The position numbers and the translations under genes were made by a program. Under the pieces are notes generated by a model. It worked only from the letters and a program-made list of their open reading frames with translations, ran no database searches and was not told where the DNA came from. A stretch of 25,286 nucleotides of DNA. It comes from an uncultured Nitrospiraceae bacterium. GTDB taxonomy: Bacteria; Nitrospirota; Thermodesulfovibrionia; Thermodesulfovibrionales; Dissulfurispiraceae. Shown here piece by piece: positions 8,883-18,622 of the stretch (positions are counted from its first letter, which is position 1; each line of letters opens with the position of its first letter). The stretch is taken from NCBI GenBank assembly GCA_947085205.1, contig CAMTVO010000008.1:1-25286 (forward strand). Direction: 5' to 3'.

Positions 8883-10473
8883 ATACTTTGAACCAGCTTA
8901 TGCTCTGGTCTAACTCTCTTGCCTGTGCATTAAGCCTGTCCATAATTTGTCTTGCCTCTTCTATCATCCGGACAGTGTTATTTATATATCCTGTTATTGT
9001 TTCCATGTTCTGGGCAATCTCTTCGGATGCAGAAGACTGTTCCTCTGTTGCTACCGCAATCCTCTGTATCATATCCATTGCCTTTTGGGTTGCGGTTACT
9101 ATCTCCTCGAGGGCCCTGGCAGCTTCATCCGCCAGTGTTACACCGCCCTCGGCATCTCTGCTGCTTTTCTCCATTGCCTCGACAGAGGCCTCTGATTTTA
9201 CCTGTATGGCTTTTATTTTTTCGGCTATCTCGCCTGTTGCCTTTGATGTTCTTTCTGCAAGCTTTCTCACCTCGTCTGCAACTACTGCAAAACCTCTTCC
9301 CTGCTCTCCTGCCCTTGCTGCTTCAATTGCCGCATTGAGAGCAAGCAGGTTGGTCTGGTCTGCGATGTCGTTTATGACTGCGACTATCTCTCCTATCTCC
9401 TGAGAACTCTTTCCGAGCTCTTCGATGGTCCCTGAAGATTCCCTTACTGACTCTGCTATCCCTATTATGGCGTCGACAGCCTTTTTTACAGTATCCTTCC
9501 CTTTGTTTGCTATGCTCGTTGCTTCTTTGGCCGCCTCTGATGCAAATGATGCATTTTTTGCCACATCGATTATTGTCTGAGACATCTCGGTAGTTGCAGA
9601 AGCGACATGGTCTATCTGGGAGAGCTGGTCCTTTGCACCTGCATCTATTGTATTTATCTTTTCTGCGAGGGAGGATACATCCTGCGTTACGTCTCTCGCG
9701 ACGCTGCTGATTTTCAGCATTGTCTCCCGTAATGTCATTAGTATCTTGTTGTAAATATCTTTCAGGAAGTTGTTTTCGTCGGTGATTTTACATTCTTCTT
9801 TAAGTTCGCCCCTCTCAAGTGTAGTGAAACATTCAAGGGCATGAGCCATATTTTTTTGCATAATTTTATTAATGACAAAGAGAAATCCTGAAAATCCTAT
9901 CAATGACAGCATGATAATTAATATAAGCAGTGTTGTGTCTTTTTGCCTTGCCTTTCTGTTTTCTTCAAGGCTTTCTTTAAACTTGCCTTTTTGTTCCTTC
10001 ATCATTTCCAGTAAAGATGCCCTTATTTCTCTCCATTTAGGTGTTTCTTTTTGAGTTAACAGTCCTATGGCGTCGTCTCTTTTGCCTGAAGCGGCCAGTT
10101 CCTGTATCTCTGTTTTAAGTTTGTGGTTTTCTTCCCACAGACTTTTAATTTTTTTCAGTTCCTCCTGTATCTTGCCGGTAGCCAGTTTAATAGCCTCATC
10201 GTTTGCCTTTATAAAATCTTCATGCGATTTTTTGTAGTTTTCCTTTGCCTTTGCATCATTGGGATTGATAAGGATATTCCTTGTAGCCTGCCCTGTCTGG
10301 AGGCCCTGTGCATACATATCGTTTAAATCCAGCAATAATACCAGATCGACATTTAACATCTTTTGTAAACGGTTATAGGTTTTTTCCCCATTGACAAGGA
10401 AAAGAGCAATGATTATCCCAAGTACAACAGCATTTGCAATGCCTACAATGAATAGTAGTTTTTTGATACTCAT
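8881..10473 (-). CDS. Methyl-accepting chemotaxis protein
   Basis: Two TM segments flanking a helical sensor; [37 protein letters not shown]. Confidence 0.96.
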   Translation of the reverse strand: MSIKKLLFIVGIANAVVLGIIIALFLVNGEKTYNRLQKMLNVDLVLLLDLNDMYAQGLQTGQATRNILINPNDAKAKENYKKSHEDFIKANDEAIKLATGKIQEELKKIKSLWEENHKLKTEIQELAASGKRDDAIGLLTQKETPKWREIRASLLEMMKEQKGKFKESLEENRKARQKDTTLLILIIMLSLIGFSGFLFVINKIMQKNMAHALECFTTLERGELKEECKITDENNFLKDIYNKILMTLRETMLKISSVARDVTQDVSSLAEKINTIDAGAKDQLSQIDHVASATTEMSQTIIDVAKNASFASEAAKEATSIANKGKDTVKKAVDAIIGIAESVRESSGTIEELGKSSQEIGEIVAVINDIADQTNLLALNAAIEAARAGEQGRGFAVVADEVRKLAERTSKATGEIAEKIKAIQVKSEASVEAMEKSSRDAEGGVTLADEAARALEEIVTATQKAMDMIQRIAVATEEQSSASEEIAQNMETITGYINNTVRMIEEARQIMDRLNAQARELDQSISWFKV

Positions 10474-10598
10474 AGATCCCCCTTTTTGTATAATTTATAT
10501 TTGTCCAAAATAAATTTATGATAAATTCTAACGCCTTATATTGAGCCATATGCCTTTAAACCAAATTATTCTAGACAACAGTGATTATACTATAATTA

Positions 10599-11057
10599 TT
10601 ATAAAAATTTTTTTATTTTGTTGATAATATCTGTTGTGGATATGCCTTCGATGTAAGGCAAACTGTGAACCTCGGGGACAATGTCCGAGCCGACAATATC
10701 CTCCCTTTTCCAGTCCCCGCCTTTTACAAGAACATCCGGTTTAAGGAATTTGATCAGATCATAAGGCGTGTCTTCGCTGAAGATTGTGACATAATCCACC
10801 ATATCGAGGGATGCCAGAACTTCCGCCCTATGAGACTCCTTGTTTACGGGCCTTTCTGGCTTTAGTTTGGCGACCGATGAATCTGAATTTAGGCCGATAA
10901 TCAGGACATCTCCTAATTTTCTGGCCTCTCTCAGATACCTGACATGCCCGATGTGTATTATGTCAAAACAGCCGTTGGTGAAGACGATCTTTTTACCTTC
11001 AGTCCTGAGCCTCTCTACAGCCTCTTTTAACTCGTTCCAGTTTAATATCTGTCCCAT
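10599..11057 (-). CDS. rfaE2: D-glycero-beta-D-manno-heptose 1-phosphate adenylyltransferase
   Basis: [36 protein letters not shown]. Confidence 0.92.
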   Translation of the reverse strand: MGQILNWNELKEAVERLRTEGKKIVFTNGCFDIIHIGHVRYLREARKLGDVLIIGLNSDSSVAKLKPERPVNKESHRAEVLASLDMVDYVTIFSEDTPYDLIKFLKPDVLVKGGDWKREDIVGSDIVPEVHSLPYIEGISTTDIINKIKKFL

Positions 11058-11517
11058 TACTCCAACACTCCATTACTCCAAATCTTTTCGTGAGTTGCTC
11101 CTTTGCCTTTTCCAGTATCGCCCTGTCGCTTTTGTACGATACTTGCTTTATTGCATTATCTAAAGCGAACCATTTAGCCTCGTCCACCTCCCAGCAATAG
11201 TCTCCGATATCGCCCTCAATGTATTGTAAAAGGAAATACGACACCGTTTTCCTGCATTTTGCGTTTTCGTCCTTTAGATAAAACCAGTAGGACCCGTCAC
11301 CGAGCGTGTCGATTATCCTGCCTGTCAGCCCTGTCTCCTCTTGTATTTCCCTGACAGCGGTTGTCTCAGGCTCTTCTCCCTTATCTATTATTCCCTTCGG
11401 CAGGGTCCAGACGCTTTTGTTCTTTGTGGCGATAAGCGCTACTTCGTAAGAGTCGCCGGTCTTTCTGAATATAACGCCGCCTGCTGATTGCAGATGTTTT
11501 ATTGTCGCCGGCTTCAA
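10999..11517 (-). CDS. NUDIX hydrolase
   Basis: SAGGV; Nudix box [24 protein letters not shown]. Confidence 0.9.
   Translation of the reverse strand: MKPATIKHLQSAGGVIFRKTGDSYEVALIATKNKSVWTLPKGIIDKGEEPETTAVREIQEETGLTGRIIDTLGDGSYWFYLKDENAKCRKTVSYFLLQYIEGDIGDYCWEVDEAKWFALDNAIKQVSYKSDRAILEKAKEQLTKRFGVMECWSNGTDIKLERVKRGCREAQD
11054..11080. repeat. Octamer array (ACTCCA family)
   Basis: Minus strand TGGAGTAA TGGAGTGT TGGAGTAA TGG. Confidence 0.8.
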
Positions 11518-12584
11518 GGTATAGGCTTTCCGCTGATTAATCTGAATATGTCGTTGTACATCGCAAATACCATAAGGGTAATGATTAAAGCAAGACCTAT
11601 GCGCTGTGCTATTGCGATTGCCTTATCGCTGAGCGGTTTTTTCCTTATCGCCTCTATTGCGAGGAATAGGAGATGTCCTCCGTCAAGGATCGGTATCGGC
11701 AGGAGATTCAGTATGGCTAAATTTATGCTGATTACTGCTGCAAATATAAAGAAATTTAATGCCCCTGCTTCAGCCTGCTTCTCTGCAAGCTGAAAGATGA
11801 GTATGGGGCCTCCTATTGTATCTGCAGGAAGTATTCTCTGAATGAGTTTTATTATCCCGACTATTGTAAGCGCAGAGATTTCCCATGTCCTTAAAACCGC
11901 CTTTGTTATGGCGTTCGGAATGTTTTCCCTTATCTTTGTCGTCTCTCCCGATGGTTTCACGCCGATGAGTCCTATCTCTTTTTCTTCGCCGAATATGTCT
12001 TTAATTTTTTTGCTTTCGGGGGTTATGGAGACATTGATTGATTCGGAGCCCCTCTGAACTTTCAGCTTAAGCTCCTTGCGGGCGCTCGTGTAGATGATGT
12101 CCGTCATTTCTCCCCAGTGCCTTATGGGCGTCCCGTCTATATTTATTACCCTGTCGCCTTTTGAGAGCATCGCCTTTGCAGCAGGCGTGTCAGGCATTAC
12201 CTCTCCCACTATCGGGAGCAGCGTAGGCACACCAATCATAAAGACAAAAAAGAATATGACCACTGCGGTTAAAAGATTAAATATGGGGCCTGCAAAGACT
12301 ATGGATGCCCTTTTATGGACAGACTGATTTTTATATGACCTCTCCTGCTCCGCACCTCCCGCTTCGTCTTCAGCCTCTTCGCCGAGCATTTTCACATATC
12401 CTCCGAGAGGAACTGCCGATATCAGGTATTCGGTCTCTCCGATTTTTCTGCCTATAACCTTCGGCCCGAAGCCCAGCGAGAATTTCAAAACCTTAACGCC
12501 GCTCATCTTTGCAAATATGAAGTGTCCTAATTCATGTATGAATATCAAAAATCCGAACAAAAGTACGGCAGAAAGTATGCTCAT
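11514..12584 (-). CDS. rseP: RIP metalloprotease RseP
   Basis: HELGH, FSLGFGP, PLGGYVKM, PDZ domain, NLLPIPILDGG. Confidence 0.96.
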   Translation of the reverse strand: MSILSAVLLFGFLIFIHELGHFIFAKMSGVKVLKFSLGFGPKVIGRKIGETEYLISAVPLGGYVKMLGEEAEDEAGGAEQERSYKNQSVHKRASIVFAGPIFNLLTAVVIFFFVFMIGVPTLLPIVGEVMPDTPAAKAMLSKGDRVINIDGTPIRHWGEMTDIIYTSARKELKLKVQRGSESINVSITPESKKIKDIFGEEKEIGLIGVKPSGETTKIRENIPNAITKAVLRTWEISALTIVGIIKLIQRILPADTIGGPILIFQLAEKQAEAGALNFFIFAAVISINLAILNLLPIPILDGGHLLFLAIEAIRKKPLSDKAIAIAQRIGLALIITLMVFAMYNDIFRLISGKPIP

Positions 12585-12606
12585 CTATTTAACTCCTTTT
12601 TATTTT

Positions 12607-12684
12607 AATTACGAATTAAGAATTATAAATTATGAAGTGTAGAAATTTCCTTAATTTATAACTCCTAATTCGTAATTCTTAATT
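12607..12684. repeat. Inverted pair of heptamer arrays (AATTAnn) spanning the dxr 3' end
   Basis: AATTACG AATTAAG AATTATA AATTATG ... TATAACT CCTAATT CGTAATT CTTAATT. Confidence 0.7.
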
Positions 12685-13832
12685 TCGTATAATGTTTTTT
12701 CCCTCGCCCACCTGTCTGTATCGAGAATTATATCGATGTCGTCGGCAGGCTGAAGTTTATGCGAGTCCATGACCTTTTTTATTATAGCAGGTATTTCATT
12801 GAAACCGATAATGCCGTCAAGGAAAGCTGCTACTGCAATCTCGTTTGACGCATTCAGCACCGCAGGCATAGTGCCGCCTGTGCTTAATGCGGAATATGCA
12901 AGAGAGAGGCACTGAAACGTCTTGCTGTCAGGCTTCTGGAAAGTTAAACCCGAAAGGCTCTCCCAATCAATAGTCTCCATAACATCCCTAAGCCTTTCTG
13001 GGAATGAAAGGGCGTATGCAATAGGCCCTTTCATATCCGGTTTTGAAAGCTGGGCGAGATAGCTTCCATCATTAAACTCAACAATGGAATGTACAATGCT
13101 CTGAGGATGGATTAGGACATCTATCTTTTCGGAGGGAAGGCCGAATAGATAATGCGCCTCTATTACCTCGAGCCCTTTATTCATGAGCGTTGCCGAGTCT
13201 ATTGTTATCTTTCTGCCCATGCTCCAGTTCGGATGCTTGAGCGCGCTTTCGGGCGAGACGTCTTCAAGCTCTTGGAGCATCCTGCCGGCAAAAGGGCCGC
13301 CCGAGGCAGTGAGTATTATCTTTTTTATCGAATCCTTTTCGCATCCCCTGATGCACTGAGATATTGCGCTGTGCTCGCTGTCCACAGGCAGGAGCGTGGC
13401 ATTATATTTACTGACCTCAGACATTACAATATTTCCTGCCATTACGAGCGCTTCTTTGTTTGCGAGCGCTACAAGCTTTCCTGCCCTGATTGCGGCAATG
13501 GTCGGCAGAAGCCCTGCAGAGCCGACTATTGAGGATACAACTGTATCGGCATCCGGCATTTCCGCTACACTGCTTATTCCTTGTATTCCAAAGAGTATTT
13601 CAGGGTTTGCAGATTTGAGATTTGAGATTTGAGATTTGAGATTCTGGCATGCCTTTTCATCCGACACGGCTACCAACCGAGGCTTAAACTGTCGTATTTG
13701 CTCAAGCAGCAGAGAGATGTTTTTCCCAGCGGTCAGCCCGACAACCTTGAATCTGTCAGGAAATTTCGAGACAACACTTAGCGCGCTTTTGCCTATGGAG
13801 CCTGTGGAGCCTAATATTGCGACCTTTTTCAT
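12651..13832 (-). CDS. dxr: 1-deoxy-D-xylulose 5-phosphate reductoisomerase
   Basis: LGSTGSIG, LANKE, LPVDSEH, LTASGGPF, HPNWSMGRKITIDSATLMNKGLE. Confidence 0.98.
   Translation of the reverse strand: MKKVAILGSTGSIGKSALSVVSKFPDRFKVVGLTAGKNISLLLEQIRQFKPRLVAVSDEKACQNLKSQISNLKSANPEILFGIQGISSVAEMPDADTVVSSIVGSAGLLPTIAAIRAGKLVALANKEALVMAGNIVMSEVSKYNATLLPVDSEHSAISQCIRGCEKDSIKKIILTASGGPFAGRMLQELEDVSPESALKHPNWSMGRKITIDSATLMNKGLEVIEAHYLFGLPSEKIDVLIHPQSIVHSIVEFNDGSYLAQLSKPDMKGPIAYALSFPERLRDVMETIDWESLSGLTFQKPDSKTFQCLSLAYSALSTGGTMPAVLNASNEIAVAAFLDGIIGFNEIPAIIKKVMDSHKLQPADDIDIILDTDRWAREKTLYEIKNYELGVIN
13611..13643. repeat. Perfect heptamer tandem repeat in-frame in dxr
   Basis: (AGATTTG)x4+AGATT = 33 nt, encoding NLKSQISNLKS. 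Confidence 0.95.
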
Positions 13833-14629
13833 AAAACCAATGTTATCCAGTAAAGTACAGGTCCTGCAAAGAGGACTCCGTCTATCTTGTCGAGAACTCC
13901 TCCATGTCCAGGAATAAACGAGCCTGAGTCCTTAACTCCCGCATCCCTTTTGAACATGGATTCGACGAGGTCTCCTACAATCGTGACCGAACCTATCGAA
14001 AAGCCCATCGCTATTAAGGCGGGAAAGCTCGTGCTTTTTAAAAGTAAGCTGCCGAGCAATAATGCCGATAGGACTCCTCCTGCCACAGAGCCGAATGCCC
14101 CGGCTGCGGTTTTATTCGGGCTGACCTCTTTGTAGAGTCTTCTTTTCCCGACGCTTTTGCCGATATAATATGCAATGCTGTCAGATGTCCAGACACATCC
14201 ATATAAAAGGATTATCCATTCATAACCTTGAAGCCTCAGATACCACTGCGCAAGGAGAAGTGTCGGAATGTAGAGAAAACCGGTTACTGCAGGCGCTATA
14301 TCACTCAGAGATGCCGAAGGGTCTTTTATCAGAAACAGCCTGACTGTAGATATAAGCATGAATGCAAATATAAAAGGCCAATGGCTGAAAGCTGAATCCT
14401 GAATGCCGAGAGATGAAAAAAAGAGCAGAACTCCGCCTGCTACACCGATAAATGAGATTATCTTTTTTGTTTTATACATTGAATGGAATTCAACCTGTGC
14501 GATGACGGAAACGAGCATTAAAAGTACGAGGAAGAAGACAGGCGGCAGTTTTGTTATGTATAAATAAAAAAGAGGCAGCGCAATTGCGGCTACAATTACA
14601 CGTCTAAGGTATTCCCGGTTAAAAAACAT
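13829..14629 (-). CDS. cdsA: Phosphatidate cytidylyltransferase
   Basis: SDSIAYYIGK, SPNKT, GDLVESMFKRDAGVKDSG, PGHGGVLDKIDG; start moved to ATG 14629. Confidence 0.95.
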   Translation of the reverse strand: MFFNREYLRRVIVAAIALPLFYLYITKLPPVFFLVLLMLVSVIAQVEFHSMYKTKKIISFIGVAGGVLLFFSSLGIQDSAFSHWPFIFAFMLISTVRLFLIKDPSASLSDIAPAVTGFLYIPTLLLAQWYLRLQGYEWIILLYGCVWTSDSIAYYIGKSVGKRRLYKEVSPNKTAAGAFGSVAGGVLSALLLGSLLLKSTSFPALIAMGFSIGSVTIVGDLVESMFKRDAGVKDSGSFIPGHGGVLDKIDGVLFAGPVLYWITLVL

Positions 14630-15341
14630 TGCGAACCCCACCGTCCGCAACCTTTCCGAACCTTCTGTCCCTCATCTGGTATTCGTGCACCGCCTCGAGC
14701 ATCTCTTCTTTGGTGAAGTCCGGCCAGAGTGTGCTTGTGAAGTAAAACTCTGAATATGCCGATTGCCATAAAAGGAAGTTACTCAATCTCTGCTCGCCGC
14801 TTGTTCGTATTATAAGGTCGGGGTCCGGGGTTCCGGCTGTATCGAGGAGCCCGTGTATCTTCTCCTCTGTTATATCTTCGGGCTTAGTGTTCAGGGCGAC
14901 GGCTTTTTTTACCGCCCTTATGATCTCGTCCCTTCCTCCGTAACTCAGGGCGCATTGCAAGACGAGCTTGTTATTTTTCTCTGTTGCTTGTTCTACTCCT
15001 TCTATTATTACCTTAATATTTTCAGGAAGCTTATCCCTGTTGCCAATAACTTTAAACCTTATTCCTTCTTTCATGAAGTTAAGAAATTCTCCTTTGAGGG
15101 ATGATTCGAGGAGTCCCATTATTACAGAAACTTCGTCCTCGGGTCTCATCCAGTTTTCGATGGAAAATGCATAAAGGGATAAGACTTCCACGCCTATTCC
15201 GTTTGCGGCCTCTGTTATTTCTCTGACCCTTTCCACACCCCTTTTGTGGCCTTCAAATCTCGGCAGCCCCCGCATCTCTGCCCATCGGCCGTTTCCGTCC
15301 ATGATGATGCCGATATGTTTCGGAATAGTTCTTTTTTTCAA
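14619..15341 (-). CDS. uppS: Undecaprenyl diphosphate synthase
   Basis: HIGIIMDGNGRWA, YAFSIENW, YGGRDEI, DLIIRTSGEQRLSNFLLWQ; probable TTG start at 15341 (GGAGG 9 nt upstream), alternative ATG 15359. Confidence 0.95.
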   Translation of the reverse strand: MKKRTIPKHIGIIMDGNGRWAEMRGLPRFEGHKRGVERVREITEAANGIGVEVLSLYAFSIENWMRPEDEVSVIMGLLESSLKGEFLNFMKEGIRFKVIGNRDKLPENIKVIIEGVEQATEKNNKLVLQCALSYGGRDEIIRAVKKAVALNTKPEDITEEKIHGLLDTAGTPDPDLIIRTSGEQRLSNFLLWQSAYSEFYFTSTLWPDFTKEEMLEAVHEYQMRDRRFGKVADGGVRNVF

Positions 15342-15357
15342 AATTAAAACCCTCCAC

Positions 15358-15386
15358 ATAAGTCCAATAGGACTTATAAGACCTAT
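15358..15386. repeat. Nonamer array / small hairpin
   Basis: AAGTCCAAT AGGACTTAT AAGACCTAT; ATAAGTCC-AATA-GGACTTAT stem. Confidence 0.55.
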
Positions 15387-17101
15387 TACTTTCCTTTCAA
15401 CGAAAATATATACAGCATCGTGCCGAACGGGTTTTCGCCCTTGAGTATATCTCCCATCCTTATTCCGAACAGAGGCTTTGCAAGCACCACTATCCTGTCG
15501 CCGACAATTGTATAGTCGAGGATTTCTCCTCCTATTTCTTCAAGCAGCCCTCTCTCTTCGACAGTGACGCCGTTCCACCAGAAGCTCCTTATTTCCGAGG
15601 ACTTGTATCCGAGGCCCTTGGCCACTCCTAAAAGGGGTTTGCGTTTTGGAGCAAGGATTTCATTGTTTTTGACGATTAGTCTGTCCTTTACAAACCATTC
15701 TCCCCTCTCGACCATTATCGTAGGGGATTCCTTTTTGAATTTTGCGGAAAAGCCTCCGAATTCCTCTCTGCTTATCCATATCCGCAAGCCTTTTTCGTTG
15801 TAAAGATTTAGATGACCACTGTCGTCCCATGCCAGAATAACCTGTTTTCCGTCCGAGGAACTGAGATGCTGGAAGTCGTATATATTCACGCCTTCCGGCA
15901 GTTTGAGGTTTTCGCCTTTTTTGTATCTTCCGTCGGCAAATACAATAGAGAATACGCTTCCGTCATAGCCGTCGCGCTTGCTGTACCCCTGCGCTATAAT
16001 ACCGCTGCCGAGCCTTCGCATAAAGGTGTCTTTTAATCTATAAAGCTCTACAAAATTGGCATCCTTGAGTTCGTATATATATGATATGACATCACCGTCT
16101 CTCATAATTGTGATGAGTATGTCGTCTTTTCTGTTCTTGTTTGTATCTAAGGTATCGAGCCAGAGCACATCCCCTGTCGACGGCATCTTGACTTCCCATA
16201 AAAGCGTAAGGTCTACGCCGGGTTTGTAAACCCTTATCTTATCTCCTGATGCAAGGATTATATCCGGATTGCCGTCTCCGTCGAGGTCGCCTACAGTCAG
16301 ATGTCTCGAACCGAACGGCAACCGGTACGAAAGGAGCGCCTCTCCCTCTTTATGACCGAAGAGCCCTGATTTAAATTTAAGCTCTTGGACATAGGCGATA
16401 TTTACAAGAACTTTCTTTTCTGAAAACTGCTTTGAGTCGCCGGCCCAGAATATCTTTTGCGTTAAATCGACATGGTCCGTGAAATCCTGAGATTGCAGCG
16501 CCAATGCCGCCTCGGCGCCCTTTGCCTTTGCCTCTGAGATTATCTTCGAGACGTCGTCGCTTTCTATTCCTGTATCTATCAATTCAAAACGCCCGCTGTC
16601 CTTAAGCATCTGGTAATAAGCGTCGCCGAGGAACCAGTCGACGCTCCCCTGAACGAATAATATCTTTATCTTAGTCCCGGCTATCTTGATTTTTGCATTT
16701 AAAAACTCTTCCGGTTTGCCCTTGGTAATTATGCCGGAGGAATCATTTGCAGAGACCGCAGTTATCTCGACATTTCCTACCGGCATCTCGATTTTTCCGA
16801 GTGGCTCTTTTGTGACAGGATGAATAAAGGCAGCCCCTTCCTTGAATGCATAGAGCCTCATTCCTGTTTTTACGGATTTCTGCGCCCCGATGTCTATTTT
16901 TACGGAATTGCCTTCGACAGAGACGATCTTTCCGGCAACAGGCTCGAAGTAAGAGAGTATTTCTTTCTTCAGTTCGTTTAGGGATGCTTCCTGCCCTGCC
17001 TTGGATTCCTTGACTTGTTCTTTGTCCTGGGCGCTTGCGGGATGTGCGCCAAAAGACATTAGGAATGAAGAAAATATTATTGCTATCGCGATGTTTTTCA
17101 T
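15386..17101 (-). CDS. Exported protein with FG-GAP/VCBS-like repeat and possible FlgT-C-like N-terminal domain
   Basis: Signal peptide ending PASA; VGDLDGDGNPDIIL; GKIVSVEGNSVKIDIG...HPVTKEPLG; start at second ATG by SD spacing. Confidence 0.75.
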   Translation of the reverse strand: MKNIAIAIIFSSFLMSFGAHPASAQDKEQVKESKAGQEASLNELKKEILSYFEPVAGKIVSVEGNSVKIDIGAQKSVKTGMRLYAFKEGAAFIHPVTKEPLGKIEMPVGNVEITAVSANDSSGIITKGKPEEFLNAKIKIAGTKIKILFVQGSVDWFLGDAYYQMLKDSGRFELIDTGIESDDVSKIISEAKAKGAEAALALQSQDFTDHVDLTQKIFWAGDSKQFSEKKVLVNIAYVQELKFKSGLFGHKEGEALLSYRLPFGSRHLTVGDLDGDGNPDIILASGDKIRVYKPGVDLTLLWEVKMPSTGDVLWLDTLDTNKNRKDDILITIMRDGDVISYIYELKDANFVELYRLKDTFMRRLGSGIIAQGYSKRDGYDGSVFSIVFADGRYKKGENLKLPEGVNIYDFQHLSSSDGKQVILAWDDSGHLNLYNEKGLRIWISREEFGGFSAKFKKESPTIMVERGEWFVKDRLIVKNNEILAPKRKPLLGVAKGLGYKSSEIRSFWWNGVTVEERGLLEEIGGEILDYTIVGDRIVVLAKPLFGIRMGDILKGENPFGTMLYIFSLKGK

Positions 17102-17121
17102 AGTCATCCTCCTGATTAGAC

Positions 17122-17187
17122 AGTTTAAAATATAGATTGTCTCTAAGTCAAAACCCCTTGACTAAAAAGGACGCTAAAGGTTTTAAT
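17122..17187. promoter_or_regulatory. Back-to-back divergent sigma70-like promoters
   Basis: AGTCAA-AACCCC-TTGACT IR (17146-17163) gives TTGACT on both strands; 18 nt to TAAACT (minus) and TTTAAT (plus). Confidence 0.45.
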
Positions 17188-17194
17188 AGACACT

Positions 17195-17983
17195 ATGAAA
17201 AACAGCAGTCAGCTTCTCAACCTCTCAACTTCTTATCTTCTGCTTTTACTATGTTCTGCGCTCTTTCTTTTAAGTTCCTGCGGAGGCAAGAAGGAGGTAA
17301 AAAAAGAGGAGATATTTGACCCGGAGAAGTATCTTTCAAAGGCGGATAACCATATCAGCAAAAAAGAGTACGAGGAGGCGAGGAAGGCGCTCCTTGAGGT
17401 GAAGAACAGGGATAACACAAAAAAATATGCGCCGCAGGCGCAGCTTAAGATTGCCGAATCATATATAAAAGACGGCGACATAGACGTCGGCATTGAAGAA
17501 TACAGGAGATTCATGGAGCTTTACCCCGACAACCAGTATGCATCCTATGCCCAGTATCAGATTGCAATGGCTTACTTTTCGCAGATAGAATCTCCCGACA
17601 GAGGTTCCGGTGCGGCTCAAAAGGCATTGAAGGAGTTCTTGAGATTAAAGGAAATATATCCGAGGAATCCCTACAGGGAAGTATTAGATCTCAGGATAGA
17701 GAAATGCAGGAATATAATAGCCGACGGAGAGTTTATGGTCGGAGAGTTCTATTATAAAAAGGAATCGTACAACTCCGCCATAAACAGGCTCGAAGGCCTA
17801 CTTAAGCAATTCCCGGATTATAAGAGAGGGGACGAGGCATTGCTCCTTCTCGCCAAAGCATACAAAGCAGCCAAGATGGACGAAAAGGCAAGAGAGACAC
17901 TCAATAAACTAATCGCAAGGTATCCTTCAAGCAGACTGGTTTCTGATGCCAAAAAAGAAGCAGAGAGACTTAAGAGCCGGTAA
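17195..17983 (+). CDS. bamD: Outer membrane protein assembly lipoprotein BamD
   Basis: Lipobox LSSC; TPR pattern; SPDRG, EFMVGEFYYK, SAINRLEGLLKQFPD. Confidence 0.9.
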   Translation: MKNSSQLLNLSTSYLLLLLCSALFLLSSCGGKKEVKKEEIFDPEKYLSKADNHISKKEYEEARKALLEVKNRDNTKKYAPQAQLKIAESYIKDGDIDVGIEEYRRFMELYPDNQYASYAQYQIAMAYFSQIESPDRGSGAAQKALKEFLRLKEIYPRNPYREVLDLRIEKCRNIIADGEFMVGEFYYKKESYNSAINRLEGLLKQFPDYKRGDEALLLLAKAYKAAKMDEKARETLNKLIARYPSSRLVSDAKKEAERLKSR

Positions 17984-17992
17984 TCTTAACCG

Positions 17993-18622
17993 ATGACTAA
18001 CTATTATCCTGCTTTTATAAATTTGTCCGGAAAACAGTGCATTGTTGTCGGCGGCGGAAAGGTTGCCGAAAGGAAGGTTTTAAGCCTTCTTGATTCCGGA
18101 GCTGCAGTTAAAGTGATAAGCCCAGCCATTACAGATACCATCGAGAGGCAGAAGCAGAGGGGAAGGATAAAACACATAAAAAGGAACTACAGGAGCGGAG
18201 ACCTGAAGGATGCATTTCTGGTTATTGCCGCCACATCTGACGAAGATCTAAACAGAAAGGTCTCGGAGGAAGCGCCTTGTCTTGTGAATGTGGTCGATAT
18301 GCCTGAGATGGCTAATTTCATTGTCCCTTCTGTCGTGAACAGAGGGCCGATGACTATTGCAGTCTCGACATCCGGCGCAAGCCCGGCTGCGGCAAGGGCG
18401 GTGAGAAAAGAGATTGAATTGCTTTATAATAAAAATTTCGGGCAGTATCTGAATTTTTTAAAACAGATGAGGAAAAAGATAATTAAAGCGATTCCGGATA
18501 AAAAAGCAAGGGAAATGTTTTTAAAGGGAGTCGCTTCTAAGGAGATTTTTAATATCCTGAGGGAGAATGGATTTAAAGAGGCAAGGCAAATGGTTCTCGA
18601 TAAACTGAAGGCTGAACTATGA
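17993..18622 (+). CDS. Precorrin-2 dehydrogenase / sirohydrochlorin ferrochelatase (SirC / CysG N-terminal type)
   Basis: YYPAFINL, VVGGGKVAERK, VIAATSD, LVNVVD, IAVSTSGASP. Confidence 0.92.
   Translation: MTNYYPAFINLSGKQCIVVGGGKVAERKVLSLLDSGAAVKVISPAITDTIERQKQRGRIKHIKRNYRSGDLKDAFLVIAATSDEDLNRKVSEEAPCLVNVVDMPEMANFIVPSVVNRGPMTIAVSTSGASPAAARAVRKEIELLYNKNFGQYLNFLKQMRKKIIKAIPDKKAREMFLKGVASKEIFNILRENGFKEARQMVLDKLKAEL

Noticed and set aside
8888..9403. Plus-strand Ser/Ala-rich ORFs
   Set aside because: Antisense shadows of the MCP signalling domain.
10474..10598. Possible sigma28 promoter or riboswitch upstream of the MCP
   Set aside because: No convincing TAAA-N15-GCCGATAA or structured motif; simply AT-rich.
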